DNA of 64,000 nucleotides from a virus: IMG/VR virus record IMGVR_UViG_3300005918_000012. The stretch is one strand, 5' to 3'. Position 1 is the stretch's first letter; the number at the start of each line of letters is the position of its first letter. The position numbers and the translations under genes are program-made. Below are positions 57,874 through 64,000 of the stretch, piece after piece. The notes under the pieces are model-generated. The model searched no databases and was not told the DNA's origin. It saw nothing but the letters and a program-made list of their open reading frames with translations.

Positions 57874-60624
57874 TTCCCGAAGACACTGGTGAGCAACATC
57901 CAGAAGAACGGGACAGGCTGCATCAACATTGATGCTTGCCGAATAACCCCAACAGGGGAATGGTTGGGTGGTGGGGACGAACGGCCTGAAACTATTGACA
58001 AGAAACAGAGTCATTGGAGTCAGCCGTGGATGCATCGTTCTGAAGATGCCAAACGTCATGCTGAAATGATGAAGGAAGATATCAAACGACATTCATTGAT
58101 GGGTAGATTCCCTGCCAATATTATTTTGGAACATAACCCTGACTGTGTCTCTTTAGGTCTGGCCAAGATCAAAGGTTTTCCGCAAGTCAATGTTGATAAA
58201 CTCCCTGTAGAAGAACGTATCCAATCTGGAGAACAACATGGCCACATCTGGGGTCGTGGTGTAGGGATTGGTGTGAAGGGTGTCAGCTATACCGTTGGGT
58301 TCGGTGACGAATCAGGTCAGGAATCCGTTGAATCTTGGGAGTGTGTGGGTGATTGTCCTGTACGGCAGATTGACGTACAGAGTGGCAACTCTTTATCTTC
58401 TGGTGGCCGAACTGCTAATATCTCTACTACTTCTAAAATCTATGGTGGTGGGAAAGGTTTGGGGCAGGATCTTTTAGCTGATGATGTGAAAGGAGACCCG
58501 GGCTACGGTGATTTAGGCGGGGCTTCCCGATATTTCAAACAGATAAAACAGGAGTCTAAATTGGAAAAAGGAATTAATGTATTATCTTTATTTGACGGGA
58601 TGAGCTGCGGGCAAATAGCTCTTAACCGACTGGGCATTAAATATGATAAATACTTTGCCAGTGAGATTGATAAACATTCTATGGCCGTTACTATGCATAA
58701 CTATCCCGACACAATTCAACTGGGTGATGTCACACAGGTATTTGCTAAAGACTTGCCTCAGATTGATCTCTTGATAGGTGGTTCTCCATGTTTTGTGGCT
58801 GGTACAAAAATCATTTGTGAAAAGGGTATTCGGTCAATTGAAGACATTTGTGTTGGTAATAAGGTGTTAACTCATAAAGGTCGTTACAAGAAAATTATAA
58901 GAATAGGTAATGATAGTAAGCCATTATGCACTTTATTAAGTCAAGGGGCCACTGAAACTACAACTACAGCCAATCACCCCTATTATGTCAGAACACGAAA
59001 AAAATTATGGAATAACAATAAAAGAACTTATGAATGGGTTTTTAGTGATCCTGAATGGGTAGAGGTTTGTGATATAAAAATTGGTGATTATATTGGGACA
59101 CCGATCTTGAGAACTGAAAAAAACCCTTTAAACTTGTCTTCTGATGAATGTTATTTATTAGGGCTTTATATAGGAGATGGACATACGAGAAAAGACTACA
59201 GGACCTCAGAAAACCGACCTAATGATAGACATTGGCAGTTAATTATATCGGTAGGGAAACACGAAAAGGTTTCATTTAAGAAGAATATAAAACTAAAACA
59301 TTCTTTTTACGAACATACCAAAAGTGTTTACAGGGCTGTTTTTTCCAGTAAACACCTAGTGAAAATAGCGGAGAAACATTGTGGGGTAGGGGCTAAAAAC
59401 AAATATCTGTCTAAAATGCTGTTGGATTTACCAAAACCTTTATTAGAGAAAGTTCTGGAGGGTTATCTTTTTGCAGATGGTAGTTGTAGAAGAGAAACCT
59501 ATAGGACCACAACAATTTCCAAGAGTCTGGTAGAAACTTTAGCATTAGCAGTAGCAAAAGTATATAGGACAACTTGTTCTATCGAGTATACAGTTAGACC
59601 TGCAAAGACCATCATTGAAGGACGTGTTGTAAACCAACAAAACACATATACAATAACTTACAGGAAATACCATACAAAACAATCTCGTGCTTGGGTCATT
59701 GAGGATGTAGTATGGAATCCAGTGAAGAAAATAAAAAATATAGGGGTAGTAGATACCGTTTATAACCTTGAGGTGGGTAAAGATAACTCCTATGTGGCTA
59801 ATAACCATATAGTACATAATTGTCAGGGGTTCAGTTTTGCTGGGAAGCAGTTGAATTTCAAAGACCCTCGGAGTATGTTGTTCTTTGAGTTCGTTCGATT
59901 GCTCCGAGAATGCAAACCTAAATACTTCTTGTTAGAGAACGTCAAGATGAAACGAGAGTATGAGTATGCTATCACTGAGCTGTTAGGTGTAAGCTGTGCT
60001 CGAATCAATTCCAACCTTGTATCAGCTCAGAATCGTTCCCGTTTATACTGGACAAATATTCCAGGTGAAGGTGATTACGTTATTGGGAGTTTTATTGATC
60101 AGCCCGAAGACAAAGGAATCCTTCTTCAAGATATTTTGGAAGATAACCAGTTAAAAGAACCAGTGGTCTTGAGACCTGCTCGAAGTGAAGAAGGGAAAAG
60201 GATACGGAAAGAACATCAAGCTACACACGGTACTGATTATACTCCGTTCCAAGCTAAAGTCCAACTCCCTAGGACTGATGGGAAAGCAAATTGCCTTACC
60301 ACTTCTCTCTTAGACAATAAGATCATTGACAAAGCATTATGGAGAAAGACAGAGGAATTCCCATATAAAGCAGACACTCCTTCCAGCCCGGAAGGGAAAG
60401 CTAAATGTTTGAGAGCCGAAGCTGGGGGGAAGACTAGAGGGATTGGGGTTTTCAATGAAGATAAAACTCAGTATCGGCTATTAACCCCGGAAGAATGTGA
60501 AGCTTTACAAACCGTCCCACGAGGATATACGTCCCCAGCTTCAAGATCACAAAGATGCCGGATGCTTGGAAACGGTTGGACTATAGATGTTATTACACAT
60601 ATAATGAAAGGTATGGAGCTATGA
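57844..60624 (+). CDS. ARKP module fused to an intein-containing C5-cytosine DNA methyltransferase
   Basis: Residues 1-~235 are an ARKP module. Then 'VLSLFDGMSCG', 'SEID', 'GGSP|intein|CQGFS', 'LLENV', 'QNRSRLYW', 'RLLTPEECEALQ' and 'LGNGW'. A possible internal TTG start at 58561 has AGGAG upstream. Confidence 0.9.
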   Translation: MIVITVARKPFPKTLVSNIQKNGTGCINIDACRITPTGEWLGGGDERPETIDKKQSHWSQPWMHRSEDAKRHAEMMKEDIKRHSLMGRFPANIILEHNPDCVSLGLAKIKGFPQVNVDKLPVEERIQSGEQHGHIWGRGVGIGVKGVSYTVGFGDESGQESVESWECVGDCPVRQIDVQSGNSLSSGGRTANISTTSKIYGGGKGLGQDLLADDVKGDPGYGDLGGASRYFKQIKQESKLEKGINVLSLFDGMSCGQIALNRLGIKYDKYFASEIDKHSMAVTMHNYPDTIQLGDVTQVFAKDLPQIDLLIGGSPCFVAGTKIICEKGIRSIEDICVGNKVLTHKGRYKKIIRIGNDSKPLCTLLSQGATETTTTANHPYYVRTRKKLWNNNKRTYEWVFSDPEWVEVCDIKIGDYIGTPILRTEKNPLNLSSDECYLLGLYIGDGHTRKDYRTSENRPNDRHWQLIISVGKHEKVSFKKNIKLKHSFYEHTKSVYRAVFSSKHLVKIAEKHCGVGAKNKYLSKMLLDLPKPLLEKVLEGYLFADGSCRRETYRTTTISKSLVETLALAVAKVYRTTCSIEYTVRPAKTIIEGRVVNQQNTYTITYRKYHTKQSRAWVIEDVVWNPVKKIKNIGVVDTVYNLEVGKDNSYVANNHIVHNCQGFSFAGKQLNFKDPRSMLFFEFVRLLRECKPKYFLLENVKMKREYEYAITELLGVSCARINSNLVSAQNRSRLYWTNIPGEGDYVIGSFIDQPEDKGILLQDILEDNQLKEPVVLRPARSEEGKRIRKEHQATHGTDYTPFQAKVQLPRTDGKANCLTTSLLDNKIIDKALWRKTEEFPYKADTPSSPEGKAKCLRAEAGGKTRGIGVFNEDKTQYRLLTPEECEALQTVPRGYTSPASRSQRCRMLGNGWTIDVITHIMKGMEL
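58789..59820 (+). mobile_element. Intein with LAGLIDADG endonuclease (344 aa) at the catalytic P|C of the C5 MTase
   Basis: Starts CFVAGT, ends IVHN, +1 residue is Cys. Contains 'LGLYIGDG' and 'LEGYLFADG'. Confidence 0.93.
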
Positions 60625-60899
60625 AAAAAACTTTGAAACAATATTTAGAAGATTGGCAGTCTCTGGAGAGTGCTGCTTTTTACATTATGGTGGTGATGGG
60701 TTTGGCTACGGACGACACCCCTGAGAGGTATCAAAAATTCCGACATCTTATAGAAACTAATAATCCTCTAAGTGAGCTGGTTTACCCAATCCTTAACCAG
60801 ATGATTGAGATTGGGATTCTGGACGAAGACACTGAACATGAGAATGGGGAACGAGTCAGATGGACGAAGACACTAGACATGAGAAAGGAGAACGATTAA
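60621..60899 (+). CDS. Hypothetical protein
   Basis: ATG 60621 overlaps the MTase stop. ORF track gives 60555..60899. Confidence 0.6.
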   Translation: MKKTLKQYLEDWQSLESAAFYIMVVMGLATDDTPERYQKFRHLIETNNPLSELVYPILNQMIEIGILDEDTEHENGERVRWTKTLDMRKEND

Positions 60900-61675
60900 T
60901 GACTGACGGAATCAAACTTGACGGTTATATGCCAGAACCTATGAAAGACGGACAATGGAGTTTTGAGGCTGCCTTAAAAGGCCGATTAGAAGATGGTACG
61001 GAAGATGTAAATCTCCGTGAGTTCTCTAGTCCTGTGCAGAACCAACGCTGGACAAGTTCTTGTGTTGCTCATGCTGTGGTCAAGGCTCTGGAATTAAAAC
61101 GGATCAAAGAATATGGTCGTGATGCCCATGTGGATTTATCCATTCTGGCCGTCTATTATCTGGCCAGAGAACTCCAGCTCCCTCAGACAACGGGTTTAGA
61201 TGCTGGCACTTATATCTCATTAGCTTGTGATGTCCTCAGACGTTGGGGAGTCTGCCCTGAGAAAGATTGGCCTTTCAACACCCTGAGAGTCAACCAGACT
61301 CCATCGTGGATGGCTATGAGGAAAGCTTATCAGCACAAGATAGCTGCTTTTTATCGAATCAAATCCTCTGGGGACAACCGAGTAGAGAGTATCATTCAAG
61401 CTTTGAACAACGGAAACCCGGTCGTATTCGGGACAGCCGTTGGTAAAAACTGGAATCAATACAAGCTTGGAGAAGTATTATCCAAGCCTGATGCTATCAC
61501 AGGCCGTCATGCAACCTGCTTGGTCGGGTATGAAAACGGTAAGTTCATTGGTGAGAATAGCTGGGGTAGCCATTGGGGTGATGACGGTTTCTACTTAATG
61601 GATGAAGATTACATCAAATGGGGTGAGACCGCCGACATCTGGGTACTTACAGCTCCTTGGGAGGAAGTGAAATGA
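60899..61675 (+). CDS. Papain-like (C1) cysteine peptidase
   Basis: 'NQRWTSSCVAHA' (Q, C), 'GRHATCLVGY' (H) and 'ENSWG..WGDDGF' (N). AAGGAG RBS. Confidence 0.9.
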   Translation: MTDGIKLDGYMPEPMKDGQWSFEAALKGRLEDGTEDVNLREFSSPVQNQRWTSSCVAHAVVKALELKRIKEYGRDAHVDLSILAVYYLARELQLPQTTGLDAGTYISLACDVLRRWGVCPEKDWPFNTLRVNQTPSWMAMRKAYQHKIAAFYRIKSSGDNRVESIIQALNNGNPVVFGTAVGKNWNQYKLGEVLSKPDAITGRHATCLVGYENGKFIGENSWGSHWGDDGFYLMDEDYIKWGETADIWVLTAPWEEVK

Positions 61676-61950
61676 GAAAACTATTTATTTTGATAATGGT
61701 CGTTATGTTGTCAGGAGTATCTTGCAAGACTATGCCGCCGATACCCATCGAACCGCCCGGTACTTCATCGTGTCAGAATGCTTGTGACAGATTGAAAATG
61801 CTTAGTTGTCCCGAAGGAGAAGATCTCCCAGACGGAACAACCTGTACGGTTTTCTGTATAGAGACTCAGGAAAAAGGGCATTCTTTAAATCCTCAGTGCT
61901 TGAAAGCTATAGATACCTGTGAGGAAATCTACACTAAGTGTGGCCAATGA
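61672..61950 (+). CDS. Small Cys-rich lipoprotein
   Basis: Signal peptide ending GVSC, with 8 further Cys. ATGA-coupled to the peptidase. Confidence 0.7.
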   Translation: MRKLFILIMVVMLSGVSCKTMPPIPIEPPGTSSCQNACDRLKMLSCPEGEDLPDGTTCTVFCIETQEKGHSLNPQCLKAIDTCEEIYTKCGQ

Positions 61951-62195
61951 TTAACTGGAAAAAGATAAGTGATAATGAATACAAGGTAAGCCTTGATACT
62001 GAATCCTGGGAACTGTACAGGATCAGTCGGGGGGATAATTGGTGGCTTGGTACAAAGTACTCTGAGGTTTCCATGCAGTTAAAGGTAAAAAAAACAAAAT
62101 CAGCCCTTACTGTAGCTGAACAGGAGATTATTAAGTATTACAAGAATAAGATCGTACAATCACAAAAAGTATTGGATGAAATAATCACATCATGA
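61947..62195 (+). CDS. Hypothetical protein
   Basis: ATGA coupling on both sides. Confidence 0.6.
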   Translation: MINWKKISDNEYKVSLDTESWELYRISRGDNWWLGTKYSEVSMQLKVKKTKSALTVAEQEIIKYYKNKIVQSQKVLDEIITS

Positions 62196-62638
62196 TTGTT
62201 ATCACTGTAGCAAGAAAACCTATCACAGGGACTGTAGTAGATAACATCCAACAATGGGGTACGGGTGGACTCAACATTGGTGAATGTCGTATTGCAAGTA
62301 ACCCCGGTGAATATGATATCAGACATTATACAAATGAGGATTGCTTTACATCTGTGGGTAAAGAAAAGAAAAGTAAATTTCAGGTGAAACCACAACCCTC
62401 TGGCCGATTCCCTGCTAACGTCATTTTTGAACATAATCCTGAATGTGTTGATAACTGTCCTGTACGGCAACTTGACGTACAAAGTGGTATTTTAACAAGT
62501 GGTGGGAAAGCAGGAAAACAATATCTTTGGAAAAAAAACCACGGTGCAGTTACACTCGGGCGAACAAATGCCGTAACGAGTCCTGTTTATGCGGATTCAG
62601 GAGGAGCTTCTCGTTTCTTCAAGCAGGTTAAAGAATGA
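62192..62638 (+). CDS. Stand-alone ARKP module
   Basis: MIVITVARKP...GTGGLNIGECRI...GRFPANVI..HNPEC..CPV...GGASRFFKQVKE. Confidence 0.8.
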   Translation: MIVITVARKPITGTVVDNIQQWGTGGLNIGECRIASNPGEYDIRHYTNEDCFTSVGKEKKSKFQVKPQPSGRFPANVIFEHNPECVDNCPVRQLDVQSGILTSGGKAGKQYLWKKNHGAVTLGRTNAVTSPVYADSGGASRFFKQVKE

Positions 62639-63249
62639 TAGTTATAACAGTAGCCAGAAAGCCCTTAAAAGGGGCTGTGGTGGACAATATAGTCCAATGG
62701 GGTACTGGTGGGCTTAATCTTGATGCAAGTCGTGTAAGAGGGCCATTAGGTCCAGGTGTTTGGGGAACCAGCAATGCTACTGTTCGAGATGATCGGATGT
62801 TCAACAGCTCCCCTGAGATGCGGGAGTGGAAGTCTCAACCTCATGATGCTGGTCGATTCCCTACCAACGTCATTCTGGAACATAAGCCCGGGTGTCAGAG
62901 TACAGGCTCTCAGAAAATGAAACCTAAAGAAGGTTATCGTCCGAACCCTGTTAATGTTCAGTCAGACGGAGCTATACAATTCAGTCAGAAACCTCCAGGT
63001 TATCAAAAAATTAGTTATACTGACGATAATGGTTTGGAGACCATGGAAACATGGGAGTGTGTGGATGGATGCCCTGTCCGTTATCTGAATGAGACAGTCG
63101 GTATAACTAAAACAGGTACAATGAAAAAGTGGTTTGACCCGGGAGAAAAAGGTAGAGTCTATGGAACACCCCAAGGTCGTTATAAGCAAAGTGTCGGCAA
63201 TGAGGGCTATGTTTCTCGGTTTTTTAAGCAATTTCGGGTAAAGAAGTGA
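62635..63249 (+). CDS. Stand-alone ARKP module
   Basis: MIVITVARKP...GTGGLNLDASRV...GRFPTNVI..HKPGC...WECVDGCPV...SRFFKQ. Confidence 0.8.
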   Translation: MIVITVARKPLKGAVVDNIVQWGTGGLNLDASRVRGPLGPGVWGTSNATVRDDRMFNSSPEMREWKSQPHDAGRFPTNVILEHKPGCQSTGSQKMKPKEGYRPNPVNVQSDGAIQFSQKPPGYQKISYTDDNGLETMETWECVDGCPVRYLNETVGITKTGTMKKWFDPGEKGRVYGTPQGRYKQSVGNEGYVSRFFKQFRVKK

Positions 63250-63881
63250 TGGCAGATGAACGCACAAAAAGACGAATAGCTCAGATCAAGGACATGGTTC
63301 CTATTGCTCAGATTCTATTTGATTACGGTTACCCTGTAAGAACCGATGGAGAAGACCGAGAAGAACAGTTCCCGTGTGACCTACACGGAGATGGTCACGA
63401 CAACAAACCGTCAGCTCGTATGTATCCTGAGACCAGTTCCTTTTACTGCTTTGCCTGTGGTGTAAGTAGAGATGCTGTTGATTTAGTTAAAGCCAAAGAA
63501 GGTGTGAACTTCGGTGAGGCTCTCAAGATACTAGAAACTCAATATGATTTACCACATATCTCATGGGAAGAAGGGGATTACGAAACAGCTCCGAAACCAG
63601 AGGAAGAAATTCTAGCCCTTCTCAAATATCCGGAACGGACGTTTGCTGATGATCTTCGAGTTTTCTTATCCGTGATAACTGGGGAAACTCAAGACAGATC
63701 CCTCCCTATGAGGGTAGTAGCTGCTTTCTGGGAAGGTGCAGATCAGGTTGCTTATTTAGTAGAAAAAGAAATTTTATCAGAAATCAAAGGTCGGGCCGTC
63801 ATGCAAAACATGTTGGAACGATTACACAAAGCAATAAAAGAGGCCTCGGATGCTGGAACACCTAGTTCGGTTCAGTCTTGA
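63246..63881 (+). CDS. Stand-alone CHC2 primase zinc-binding domain protein
   Basis: 'CDLHGDGHDNKPSA...FYCFACG...DAVDLV....F.EALKIL'. No TOPRIM domain in this ORF. Confidence 0.8.
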   Translation: MMADERTKRRIAQIKDMVPIAQILFDYGYPVRTDGEDREEQFPCDLHGDGHDNKPSARMYPETSSFYCFACGVSRDAVDLVKAKEGVNFGEALKILETQYDLPHISWEEGDYETAPKPEEEILALLKYPERTFADDLRVFLSVITGETQDRSLPMRVVAAFWEGADQVAYLVEKEILSEIKGRAVMQNMLERLHKAIKEASDAGTPSSVQS

Positions 63882-64000
63882 TAGTGAGGAATGGGGTCAT
63901 GTCCTCATCTTACGCCCCATCCTTTTAGATGGTGATATCTGGGGAGATTTAGCCTGCCTAAAAGACACTCCTTGGGGTAAATTGATTCCTATTGTTTCCG
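63850..64000 (+). CDS. Partial hypothetical protein running off the window
   Basis: ATG 63850 after GAGG; frame stays open to the end (MLEHLVRFSLDSEEWGHVL...). Confidence 0.45.
   Translation, partial: MLEHLVRFSLDSEEWGHVLILRPILLDGDIWGDLACLKDTPWGKLIPIVS

Noticed and set aside
1-64000. Genome-wide stop-codon reassignment (code 15 or 4)
   Set aside because: About 35 kb of structural genes are open in the standard code, and TAG, TGA and TAA all end genes at sensible boundaries. The two internal stops are isolated and of different types.

Overview
This window is a 64-kb segment of a large (probably jumbo) contractile-tailed dsDNA bacteriophage using the standard genetic code. 1-36.7 kb is a rightward block of very large, acidic virion genes (gp25-like wedge, baseplate J-like, wedge and tail-fibre/spike proteins). 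36.7-45 kb is an accessory block: lipoproteins, a leftward operon, DUF6011, WGR-like, DUF1566, metallophosphoesterase and an interrupted SLOG gene. 45-64 kb is a rightward replication/DNA-modification block: SNF2 helicase, degenerate DnaC-like loader, DnaB-like helicase, HD, HIT, PAPS-reductase-like, C1 peptidase and a primase Zn-finger. The most unusual signal is a beta-class amino-DNA-methyltransferase that appears taken apart. (i) A DPPY catalytic half with no SAM-binding motif is interrupted right after DPPYG by a 9-nt stop-containing mini-hairpin that resembles a ribosomal bypass element. (ii) A separate intein-containing protein has FxGxG but a degenerate DPPY. (iii) Five divergent copies of the middle (TRD-position) module 'M-I-V-I-T-V-A-R-K-P...GR(W/F)P(A/S/T)N(V/I)I...SR(F/Y)FK' are scattered over 14 kb: three stand alone, one heads protein (ii), and one is fused to an intein-containing C5 methyltransferase. 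Two phage-specific bipartite promoter-like motifs with fixed spacing and a LAGLIDADG homing endonuclease that duplicated the 5' end of its host gene are also visible. No tRNA, rRNA or CRISPR array was recognised. All family assignments come from motif recognition by eye, not database searches.
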